64,000 nucleotides of DNA from positions 50,365 to 114,364 of the forward strand of contig JAWBBK010000002.1 in the NCBI GenBank assembly GCA_038824665.1, written 5' to 3'. This document shows, piece by piece, positions 1 to 8,514 of this stretch. The translations under genes were made by a program, and so were the position numbers. The notes beneath the pieces are model-generated. The model worked only from the letters and a program-made list of their open reading frames with translations. It did not search any database and was not told the DNA's origin. The stretch's first letter is position 1; every line of letters starts with the position of its first letter. Origin of the DNA: Acidilobaceae archaeon. Its GTDB lineage: Archaea; Thermoproteota; Thermoprotei_A; Sulfolobales; Acidilobaceae.

Positions 1-2
1 TA

Positions 3-233
3 GAGAAAGCTTTGAAGTTTAACCCTAGAGCAGTGCTAGACGCTTACGGAATAAGCGAGACCGACCCCTATGCAATACTAGAAGCGATAGCAATCAAAAG
101 AGGCTGGAGGTTAAAGAAGACAGGAGAACTTAACATAGATGAAGCAGCTAGAACAGTGATAAGGGACTATCACAAAGCCAAACTCCTCTTTTACGTACCT
201 CCTCCAACTCAGAGATACACTCTCGAGAAGTAG
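3..233 (+). CDS. C-terminal part of an RbgA/YlqF-family circularly permuted GTPase (5' end outside the window)
   Basis: Frame is open from the window edge; LEAIAIKRGW...GELNIDEAARTVIRDY is typical of the RbgA/YlqF C-terminal domain. Confidence 0.75.
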   Translation, partial: EKALKFNPRAVLDAYGISETDPYAILEAIAIKRGWRLKKTGELNIDEAARTVIRDYHKAKLLFYVPPPTQRYTLEK

Positions 234-458
234 ACAGCTAGAAGTAGACACTCTTTGACTTACAAGAGACCAGAGCTATTGACTTTCAGAAGTTCTTATC
301 GCTATAGCTGGATTTTAAACATTTATCGAGCTGCGACTTTTTCATGATTTGACTATACGCTCTCTGAACTGTAAGACCTCCTTTAAGCTCGTACAAAAGT
401 GGACGGAAAGCTTTAGAGTTATAAATTCTCAAGTAGAGACTTCACAGGGGCTGAGCGA

Positions 459-698
459 ATGGCTGGAAAGATCGTCGCCTACATTTTAGTCAACGTTTTG
501 GCTGGAACAGAAGAAGAGGTGAGAAATGAGATACTAAACAGATTTGGAGGTAAGGTGACAGAAGCTCGCATAACATACGGTGAGTTCGATATCGTTGTTA
601 GAGTTGAAGCAGACAACATGAGAGTTCTCGAAGCTATAGTCAGCGGAATAAGGTCAATAAGCGGAGTAGAGCGTACAGTTACGCTAGTCGCCACTTAG
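459..698 (+). CDS. Stand-alone Lrp/AsnC ligand-binding (RAM) domain protein
   Basis: 79 aa; AYILVNV...TYGEFDIVVRVE...GVERTVTL pattern; no HTH. Confidence 0.85.
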   Translation: MAGKIVAYILVNVLAGTEEEVRNEILNRFGGKVTEARITYGEFDIVVRVEADNMRVLEAIVSGIRSISGVERTVTLVAT

Positions 699-700
699 AG

Positions 701-1780
701 CTAAATGTCTCTAAACTCTTTTCTTACATCTAAGGGAAGTCCAAACCTAAGCTTGGCTACAACGCCTCCTAGCAAGAACACCTTTTCTCCTGGAGGACTA
801 TCGCGAGGAACTATCACCACCTTGGCTTTTCTTTTCTCGACTTCATCCATTATCTTTTGTGCGGCTTCTCTCTCGCTCTCATTCAAGCTGGAAAGCAGAG
901 AGTCTACGATCACAATCTTCTCAACTGCTCCAGCTTTGGCACAAGTCAATACGTCAGGAACGCCATAAGCTACTCTTTCGGGGTCTCTAGCTACTAACGA
1001 CATGATCTCTTCGAGAACCTCTTCTGCTTCGATAACAGCAAATTCTTTGAGTGCCTCTAGAGTCGACGCTCTTCTAAGGATCTCGTTGACCCCCGAGATG
1101 CCTCCAGAAGCGGTTTCATCGATATATACTCTCTTATCCGGAGCTATCTTTCTCAGCTTTTCAGCTATGGTTTCTTTGAGAGGTCCAGGTCCTCCGATCA
1201 CCACAACTAATGCTTTATGTTTTGATACGGTCTCAGATATCTTTACTACGAGTTCGTTTACGTATCTCTCAACAGCTTCTTCTCGCTTCTCATCACCTTT
1301 CCCGGGTAGCTTCGAGTACCCTTCTTCTAAAACCCTTAAGCCCAAGCCGGTTAGAAGAGCAATAGCATACTCATCGTAATCAGCAGACATTATGATGACT
1401 GAGCCTTTGTAACCGCTTTCAACAAATCTTTTCAGCTCTCTTTCACTCCAACCTTCTTCTCTTTCAACTACTATTGTGTCTCCTGGTTTTATTGAGACAG
1501 TGTGATGTTTTCCTATAACCCCATAATCTTCAGGCCCCTCTACTATAACGCCAGAAATTCTGAGAGCTCCAGTAAACGGTTGGAACTCCATCTTCTCGAT
1601 CTTGAGCTTAACGATCATTGGTTTTCTTTCCTTAGACTGACCTATCGCTACATCTCTCGTAGTCCAACAACTCACGAGATCTTTAGGTCGAAGAGTAAAC
1701 TTGAGAGTCCAGAGGTCCTCTTCGTACTCTACTCTAAGCTTGAGGACTCTTCTCTTAGCGTCAGCCTCTAAGACCTTCAT
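701..1780 (-). CDS. pelA: mRNA surveillance / ribosome rescue protein pelota (aDom34)
   Basis: EDLWTL, LRISGVI, GKHHT, GGPG and GGVVAKLRF motifs of the eRF1/pelota family. Confidence 0.93.
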   Translation of the reverse strand: MKVLEADAKRRVLKLRVEYEEDLWTLKFTLRPKDLVSCWTTRDVAIGQSKERKPMIVKLKIEKMEFQPFTGALRISGVIVEGPEDYGVIGKHHTVSIKPGDTIVVEREEGWSERELKRFVESGYKGSVIIMSADYDEYAIALLTGLGLRVLEEGYSKLPGKGDEKREEAVERYVNELVVKISETVSKHKALVVVIGGPGPLKETIAEKLRKIAPDKRVYIDETASGGISGVNEILRRASTLEALKEFAVIEAEEVLEEIMSLVARDPERVAYGVPDVLTCAKAGAVEKIVIVDSLLSSLNESEREAAQKIMDEVEKRKAKVVIVPRDSPPGEKVFLLGGVVAKLRFGLPLDVRKEFRDI

Positions 1781-1789
1781 GGCCTTCTC

Positions 1790-4243
1790 TCATTCTTTAC
1801 ACAAGTATATGGAAAGCGCTACTTTTTCACAGTGTTGAGAGAGGTTCTCGTCCCCTCCTATAGATACCGGGATTTTATGAAGAGCTTCTAGGTCTTGCGC
1901 TATCTCTCTCAAGCTTTCAGCAATAACTATTTTATAACCTCTAAGGCTTTCTGTAAGCTTCACTCCCTCTCTTGTCTTCAGCTCCCATATCTTTTCGTTG
2001 AGTTTGATCAAAGCTTTAGCGACATTCGCTAGTTCAGCTCTAGAACTGGGATCCATCGATAGCTCTGGAAACCTCTCTCTATGAACGCTTCTTCCATAGA
2101 GCTCTCTAAAGATGTCATCAGTAATGAAGGGCATTATAGGGGATAGAGCTATGATCATAGAGCTGAAGATCTTGTGTAAAGTGATCCAAGCTGATTCTTG
2201 CTCTTCTTTGCTGTACTTGCCGTTGCGGTTGTAGGCTCTATCTTTAACCAACTCTATGTAGTGGTCTGCGAAAAGTCCCCAAAGAAATTCATAAATCAGG
2301 TTTCCAGGCTCGTAGACGTCTAGCTCTCCATAGGCTTTATCTATAATGCTCAGATATTCCTCAGCTAAAGCTAAGAAGGCTCTATCGGTTAAAACCTTAG
2401 GTTTTTTCGTAACGTCGTAAGGAAAGGCCGAGAGAAACCTTGCGATATTCCACAGTTTAGTCACAAAGAGCTTACCAGTTCTCAGTTTACCCTCATCAAA
2501 CCTGTAGTCGTAGCCTAGTCTAGCAGCTGTTGCAGCCCAAAACCTGAACGCATCAGCGCCGTACTCTTCTATTATGGGCTCAGGGTCTATCACATTACCT
2601 AATGACTTGTGCATTGGTCTTCCCTTTGGATCGAGACCCATTCCAGTAATCCTGACCCATTTAAACGCTGGCCTTTCGAGATACAAGTAAATTCTTAAGA
2701 TCGTATAATAAAGCCAGGTTCTTATTATATCGTGTCCTTGAGGTCTCATTATGTTGTTCTCAGCCTTAGACAGCTCTTGAGGGTCTCTAGTCTTGCTCTT
2801 TATCTTCTCGAGAACATAGAGAGGGCTTATGCTGGAATCGAACCAAGTATCGAAGACTCTGGTCTCTCCTACTATATTTTCTTTGGGGGCTCCACAGTAG
2901 GGACAGCTTTCCCACGGGTTTTCTTCCCAAGGTCTATAGTATCTGCCTGGCTCAGGTATTAGTTTAGACCCACACTTGGTACAGTACCATACGGGGATTT
3001 CGGTTCCATAATATCTGTCTCTAGATATAGGCCAATCCGTGCTTAACTTATCGATCCAATCTTCAAGTCTCGCTTTATGCATAAGCGGCTTGAAGTCCAT
3101 CAAATTGGCTAGCTCTTTAATCTTTTCTTTAAATCTAAGCTGTTCTAAGAAATACTCTCTTCTGTGTATTATCTGGAGAGGAGTCTTACATCTCCAACAC
3201 TTAGGCACGTTATGTATGATCTGCTCAGCTCTGATTAAATAGCCATGCTCTCTTAACAGCTTAGCCGCTTTCTCTCTAGCTTCTTGTACAGAGAGTCCAG
3301 CTAAAGGACCTCCGGCTTCTGTAATTTTACCCTGCTCGTCTAGAATCACCTTCGGCTTTAGAGAGAGTTCTGAGAAGAGCCTGACGTCGTTTTCATCCCC
3401 ATAGCTACATATCATCATTATCCCAGTACCGAAGTCAGGATCGACGCTTTCATGTTCGACAATTATCATATGTTGTCCGAAGATAGGAGCTATGGCTTTC
3501 TTCCCCGAAAGTCCACTATATCTCTTATCTTTTGGATGATAAGCTAAAGCTGCACAAGCCGGTAAGAGCTCAGGTCTAGTAGTGGCTACTACGACCTCTC
3601 CTCTTCCTTCAAGAGGGAATTTGATGTAGTAAAGGTGTCCATGCTCTTCATCATATTCTACTTCAGCTTCAGCTAAAGCGGTTCCACAACGAGGACACCA
3701 TCTTACTGGTCTCTCAGCTTCATATATGAGTCCTTTTTTGTATAGCTCTATGAAAGTCTGTTGTGTGAGCTTTCTGTACTCAGGACTGTCTGTACCTTCC
3801 TTCCAGTAGTCAAAAAAGCATCCCATCAGCTTCCATATTTTAACGATGTCTTCTTCTGCTTTATCCAAGAATTCTTTACAAAGCTTCAAGAACTCTTTTC
3901 TTCCCTCAACGGTTTTAGCGACCTCTTTGGCTACGATCTTGTACGTTTTCTCGACCTGAACTTCAACAGGAAGACCGTTCCTATCTGTATAGAAGGGAGC
4001 AACAACGTTATAGTTTTTGAGCCTAAAGTACTTAGCTATCATGTCTATTTGAGCGTAATGTGCTGCACCCCCTACATGCCATTTCCCACTAGCGTAAGGT
4101 GGAGGAGTATCTATCACTAAAAACTCCTTGCCAGGTTCTATGTTTGTCTCATAAAGTCCTTCACGTTCCCACAGCTCGAGAAGCTTTTTCTCGCGGACCT
4201 TATGATCCCAGCGAGTCTCTTCTATTTTGGGCGCTAGCCTCAA
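1790..4243 (-). CDS. valS: Valine--tRNA ligase
   Basis: DTPPPY, HVGG (HIGH), DWPISR, DTWFDSS and PMHKS (KMSKS-like); archaeal ValRS length. Confidence 0.95.
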   Translation of the reverse strand: MRLAPKIEETRWDHKVREKKLLELWEREGLYETNIEPGKEFLVIDTPPPYASGKWHVGGAAHYAQIDMIAKYFRLKNYNVVAPFYTDRNGLPVEVQVEKTYKIVAKEVAKTVEGRKEFLKLCKEFLDKAEEDIVKIWKLMGCFFDYWKEGTDSPEYRKLTQQTFIELYKKGLIYEAERPVRWCPRCGTALAEAEVEYDEEHGHLYYIKFPLEGRGEVVVATTRPELLPACAALAYHPKDKRYSGLSGKKAIAPIFGQHMIIVEHESVDPDFGTGIMMICSYGDENDVRLFSELSLKPKVILDEQGKITEAGGPLAGLSVQEAREKAAKLLREHGYLIRAEQIIHNVPKCWRCKTPLQIIHRREYFLEQLRFKEKIKELANLMDFKPLMHKARLEDWIDKLSTDWPISRDRYYGTEIPVWYCTKCGSKLIPEPGRYYRPWEENPWESCPYCGAPKENIVGETRVFDTWFDSSISPLYVLEKIKSKTRDPQELSKAENNIMRPQGHDIIRTWLYYTILRIYLYLERPAFKWVRITGMGLDPKGRPMHKSLGNVIDPEPIIEEYGADAFRFWAATAARLGYDYRFDEGKLRTGKLFVTKLWNIARFLSAFPYDVTKKPKVLTDRAFLALAEEYLSIIDKAYGELDVYEPGNLIYEFLWGLFADHYIELVKDRAYNRNGKYSKEEQESAWITLHKIFSSMIIALSPIMPFITDDIFRELYGRSVHRERFPELSMDPSSRAELANVAKALIKLNEKIWELKTREGVKLTESLRGYKIVIAESLREIAQDLEALHKIPVSIGGDENLSQHCEKVALSIYLCKE

Positions 4244-4370
4244 TAGAGAACCCTAAGGCTTCTTTCAGTATATGAAATACGCTTAAATGTTTTCAGACAA
4301 GGCTACATGAGGAGCTCCTCGAACCACTTAGCTTAAAGCCTTGATTTAATCACCGCTAGAAGGGTCGAGA

Positions 4371-4826
4371 TTGTCAGAAGAGCAGAGCCTTATGGACAAA
4401 CAGTACATATCACACTTTGTCATAGTGCTCGCTACAGCGTTGACTGGACTCGTTCTGGGCATAGCTGTAAGCTTAAGCTATAGAGCTGAAGGAGCGTCGC
4501 TTCTCTTGTTTTCTATATTAACGCTCTATGTTGGCACAACTGTAACGGCTCCAAGACTTTTAGCGGTCAGAGTGCTCATAGCACTTTTTATGATGGCTGT
4601 ACATATAGGTGCAGTCTTGACATACTACTCAAACCCCTTAGTGCTTCCTCTTCTCGTGATCGAGAGAGGAGTTCACGGAAACTCCGTTAATTTCGATTTT
4701 ATTCAGCTAGTGCTAGCTTACGAAGTTGTTAGCGCATATCTAGCTTCTAAATCTAGAAGTGATGTTCAGAACGAAGTCGTGAAACAGGATGAGAGTCTAA
4801 AGGAGAACCAAACTCAATTTGTATGA
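4371..4826 (+). CDS. Hypothetical membrane protein (about 3-4 TM)
   Basis: Hydrophobic segments; fills the gap divergent from valS; no recognised motif. Confidence 0.6.
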   Translation: MSEEQSLMDKQYISHFVIVLATALTGLVLGIAVSLSYRAEGASLLLFSILTLYVGTTVTAPRLLAVRVLIALFMMAVHIGAVLTYYSNPLVLPLLVIERGVHGNSVNFDFIQLVLAYEVVSAYLASKSRSDVQNEVVKQDESLKENQTQFV

Positions 4827-4991
4827 GGTTAGAGTTCAAGCCGATGTAACCCTCATATGCTAAGCGATTAACGACTTAGACGTCTACACCATAGATGATA
4901 GTGGTTATATAAGTAAGGTCTGGAGTTATCTCAGGAACTAGAAGCGGAATATATTAAAAGCTCTAGCACAAATATACAACAACTCATTGGA

Positions 4992-5069
4992 GCCGCGGTA
5001 GTATAGCCAGGCCCAGTATGCGGGCCTCTCGAGCCCGTGACCCGGGTTCAAATCCCGGCCGCGGCACCA
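4992..5069 (+). tRNA. tRNA-Glu(CTC), no intron, CCA encoded
   Basis: Acceptor GCCGCGG/CCGCGGC; anticodon arm CGGGC-CTCTCGA-GCCCG; T arm CCGGG-TTCAAAT-CCCGG; ends ACCA. Confidence 0.97.
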
Positions 5070-5075
5070 CAACCT

Positions 5076-6626
5076 TTAGATGCTCATTGAAGTTCGTTTC
5101 AGAACCCTTCTAATAACGATCAAAACTTCAATGATGGCTCCGATCACTAGAAGAACTGCGAGCAAAGCTAGAAGAGAAGACAACTTCATCTCCATGTACT
5201 TAGACACGATCTCAGCCGTTACATAGATAGTGAGAGATCCTGTAGCTAAAACCGTAAGAGTCTCAGCTATCACCACGGGCAAACCATGAACATACTTCAG
5301 CTCCCAACTCAATTCTTTGAGAAGTCTCGCTACTAGTAGTCCACCCACAACGAAAACTGGGGCCAGAACTAAATGAGAAACCTGTAGTCTATCTAATAGC
5401 ACGTAGACTACGAATATGCTTAAGAATACCATAGTTATCTTACCGGTGGTTATCAGAAGCTTAACGCCTATCTCATAAAAGCCTTGAGGAATCCATAGGC
5501 TTATGTCTATAGCGATATGTTTATTGATTATGCTTGCTATTCTGGTCCAGTAGCTAGAGGTGGCGTTAGAGAAAGCTATAGTTAGAACGGGAAGCAGAAC
5601 CATAATGGAAGCCAGCTCTGATTTAATTAATCCTGCCTTCTCTAAAGTCAGAACCACCAAGGGGCTCAGTTCGCTTATGTTCTGCATGCTGAGAGCAAGT
5701 ATTGTAGAGTAGAAGGGGCTTCTCAGAAGGAGCAGAGAGGCCAAGAACACAGCAGTTGTTCTCACTATTAACGCAAATACAGTCATCAACATGATTAACG
5801 TAAGTATGTGAGGGCTAGAGGGGATGGTTTCTATAGGAGTAAGAAGCCCTACTGTTAAACCGTAAAGGATTATCGCTAAGTCTGAGAACTGCTCTAAGCT
5901 TTCTTTTCGAGCATATTTAGCGAATATGTAGCCTACTATGAAGACACCTAGATAAGGAGAAGCAAAGTATCCTGCTATCATCCCGTAGGAGATCATTAAC
6001 GAGATTGAGAGAGCTACTCCATAGGGTCCTCTAGGCGGAATGTAGTTAAAGAGGATGCCGATGGTTATGCTTGCGAGAATCGCTAAAGCGGAACTCATTA
6101 CGAGCAAGACAAGAGGATTTGTCTCAGGGTATCCTACAGTCATGCTGAGAGCTACTATAAGAGCTAGGTCTTCTAACACAGTCCAACTTAGCGCAATGCT
6201 CTTAGCCTCTATGAGTCTTAGGTTTTTAGCGAAAAGGTACACAGTGGTAGTGCTTGAAGAAAAGAGAGTTAGAGCTATAGCTATTCTCTCCCAGATCTCA
6301 AATCCGAAAGGAGCTGTCAGCAAGAACGTTATACCCACGATGGAAGCTATCTCAACTAAAACTGTGTAAACTAAGCGGCTTTCAAAACCGACTTCTCCAA
6401 CTTCTCTTCCCGATTCGAAGATTACGAACATTGCGGCGAGGAAGAGAAGAGTCCACGCTTCGTTTTCGAGGTCTACCCCTATGTGTGGAGCTATAATTCG
6501 AACCAAAAGACCAACCAACATAGCTCCTACGAGCGGACCTAGTTTGACTCTTTCCGTTATATAACCGGCTAGCGCAGAGAGTCCTAGAGACGCCCCTAAT
6601 ACCGTTAGCTCGAATTCCGGAGTCAT
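5076..6626 (-). CDS. Cation:proton antiporter (CPA2/Kef-like), no TrkA domain
   Basis: Many TM helices; FESGRE, SSSTT, VLEDL, SPYLGVF and ISELS motifs. Confidence 0.75.
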   Translation of the reverse strand: MTPEFELTVLGASLGLSALAGYITERVKLGPLVGAMLVGLLVRIIAPHIGVDLENEAWTLLFLAAMFVIFESGREVGEVGFESRLVYTVLVEIASIVGITFLLTAPFGFEIWERIAIALTLFSSSTTTVYLFAKNLRLIEAKSIALSWTVLEDLALIVALSMTVGYPETNPLVLLVMSSALAILASITIGILFNYIPPRGPYGVALSISLMISYGMIAGYFASPYLGVFIVGYIFAKYARKESLEQFSDLAIILYGLTVGLLTPIETIPSSPHILTLIMLMTVFALIVRTTAVFLASLLLLRSPFYSTILALSMQNISELSPLVVLTLEKAGLIKSELASIMVLLPVLTIAFSNATSSYWTRIASIINKHIAIDISLWIPQGFYEIGVKLLITTGKITMVFLSIFVVYVLLDRLQVSHLVLAPVFVVGGLLVARLLKELSWELKYVHGLPVVIAETLTVLATGSLTIYVTAEIVSKYMEMKLSSLLALLAVLLVIGAIIEVLIVIRRVLKRTSMSI

Positions 6627-6693
6627 TTTCTATGCCCGACTCGAACTCACACGGGTTTTGTTTTAGTGGTCACGATCTCAACACTTTTAAGCC

Positions 6694-7644
6694 TTGATAC
6701 TTAAGTTTTTCCGAGGTCTTTGTAAATTGAGCTTTTGCGATAAAACAAAATATGTTTGGTTTGACGGGACTCTAATTCCTTGCGACAAAGCAACGATTCA
6801 CGTTCAGTCACACGCTCTTCACTACGGTTATGGAGTATTCGAAGGAATAAGAGCATATCAAGGTAGCGGGAACCTTTATTTGTTTAGATTAAGAGAACAT
6901 ATAGAGAGGTTTCTAAATTCGGCCAAGATCATAGGGTTAGAGATCTCTTACAGTCTCAAAGAGCTAGAGGACGCAGTGCTAGAAACTCTCCGCGCTAACG
7001 AGTTTAGAGAGGACGTTTATGTGAGACCGGTTGCGTTCACCTCAGAACCCAAGATAGGACTCAATCCTATAGGAGCCAAGGTCTCAGTTGCGATAACAGC
7101 GATACCGTTCGGAAAGTATCTCAAACCGGAAGGAGTTAGAGTCAAGGTGTCGAGTTGGCGCAGAGTTCCTAACTTTAGCATACCCGTTATGGCTAAGGCT
7201 ACAGGCATATACTTGAACTCTATAATTGCTCTAATAGAAGCTAAAAAAGAAGGATATGATGATGCGATACTTCTAGACTGGAGAGGTAACGTATCTGAGG
7301 CTACAGGAGCCAATGTGATGTTGGTGAGAAAGAAGAAGATAATCACACCTCCTGCGTCAGCGTCTATACTAGAAGGCATAACTAGAGACTCCGTGATCAA
7401 AATAGCTCGAGATATAGGCATAGAGGTCATAGAGAGAGACGTAGCAAGAGAAGAGCTTTATGTAGCTGAAGAGATATTTCTCGTAGGAACAGCAGCAGAA
7501 GTGACGCCGGTCATAGACGTTGATAGAAAGCCTGTAGGTAACGGTTCACCAGGACCTATAACTTTGATGATTAGAGACATGTTTATGAAGATTGTGAGAG
7601 GTATGGATGAACGATATTTTGAATGGCTTACTCCAGTTTATTAG
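6694..7644 (+). CDS. ilvE: Branched-chain amino acid aminotransferase (true start probably TTG 6727)
   Basis: HALHYGYGVFEGIRAY, YVRP, AKATG, ILEGITR, GTAAEVTP. Confidence 0.95.
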   Translation: MILKFFRGLCKLSFCDKTKYVWFDGTLIPCDKATIHVQSHALHYGYGVFEGIRAYQGSGNLYLFRLREHIERFLNSAKIIGLEISYSLKELEDAVLETLRANEFREDVYVRPVAFTSEPKIGLNPIGAKVSVAITAIPFGKYLKPEGVRVKVSSWRRVPNFSIPVMAKATGIYLNSIIALIEAKKEGYDDAILLDWRGNVSEATGANVMLVRKKKIITPPASASILEGITRDSVIKIARDIGIEVIERDVAREELYVAEEIFLVGTAAEVTPVIDVDRKPVGNGSPGPITLMIRDMFMKIVRGMDERYFEWLTPVY

Positions 7645-7657
7645 TTTCATCACGTAG

Positions 7658-8446
7658 TTAAGTCTTTACAACTTTTCTCAAGAGGATTATGTATCCTGTA
7701 AACGGAGAGAATGAAGAAGGTCTTATAGATTCTCTTGTAACTTCAATTTGTCTTTCGGAGACCTCTTTGACTCCCTGGAGCACCCAGCCGGGAGTGCATT
7801 CGATGGCTTCAGAGAGTTTGATCAGTTGATTCATAGTAGGAACGAAAATAACTAATGGAGCAGAGAGTTTGAGAGCTTTCCATAACGGCTCTAAAGCCTC
7901 CCACGGATCCGGTATGTCTAAAAAAGCGGCATCTAGGCCAACAAGCTCGTTCAGCTTTTTAACGTCTCCTAGTCTGAGTTCCACACAGTCTCGAAGACCG
8001 ACCAGCTCTAAGTTCTTAGAGGCGATAGCTATGTTTTCGGGCTTAATGTCGAAAGCGTAAACCTTCCCTCCAGGACAAACGATCCTGGCTAGTTCTACTG
8101 TGAGAAATCCGCTTCCAACTCCGCCCTCTAGCACTCTCATACCTGGCTTCAGACCGGCTTCGAAACTCATGAGACTCGAGTCTTTTGGATAGACCACTTG
8201 AGTAGCTCTTTCCATAAAGTGTTCCAAAAGCTCTCTCAGAGTAGGCTTCAAAATATACGCGTATCCTTCGGCTAGCTCTAGCTTAGAGCCATACTCCATC
8301 CCTATTATATCGGTTCCTCGAAAGATTCCAGCTGATGTCATATAGACCTTATCTTCATAAATTCTAAAATAATAATGTCTAGAGGCTCTGGCAGACATGA
8401 CTAGAACTACGACAGGATCTCCTCTTTTAACAACTTCTTCTTTCAT
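7658..8446 (-). CDS. trmI: tRNA (adenine57/58-N1)-methyltransferase
   Basis: TQVVYPKD, VLEGGVGSG, FLDIPDPW, FVPT motifs. Confidence 0.93.
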   Translation of the reverse strand: MKEEVVKRGDPVVVLVMSARASRHYYFRIYEDKVYMTSAGIFRGTDIIGMEYGSKLELAEGYAYILKPTLRELLEHFMERATQVVYPKDSSLMSFEAGLKPGMRVLEGGVGSGFLTVELARIVCPGGKVYAFDIKPENIAIASKNLELVGLRDCVELRLGDVKKLNELVGLDAAFLDIPDPWEALEPLWKALKLSAPLVIFVPTMNQLIKLSEAIECTPGWVLQGVKEVSERQIEVTRESIRPSSFSPFTGYIILLRKVVKT

Positions 8447-8514
8447 CTTGTACTCCCGAATTTCCTAGAAGCCACTATTCAGCTTTATTATTCTCAGCCT
8501 TACTGAAGGTATTC

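Noticed and set aside
4822-4857. Small hairpin TATGAGG...CCTCATA at the end of the membrane-protein gene
   Set aside because: Short stem with no other support; compatible with chance or a simple 3' structure
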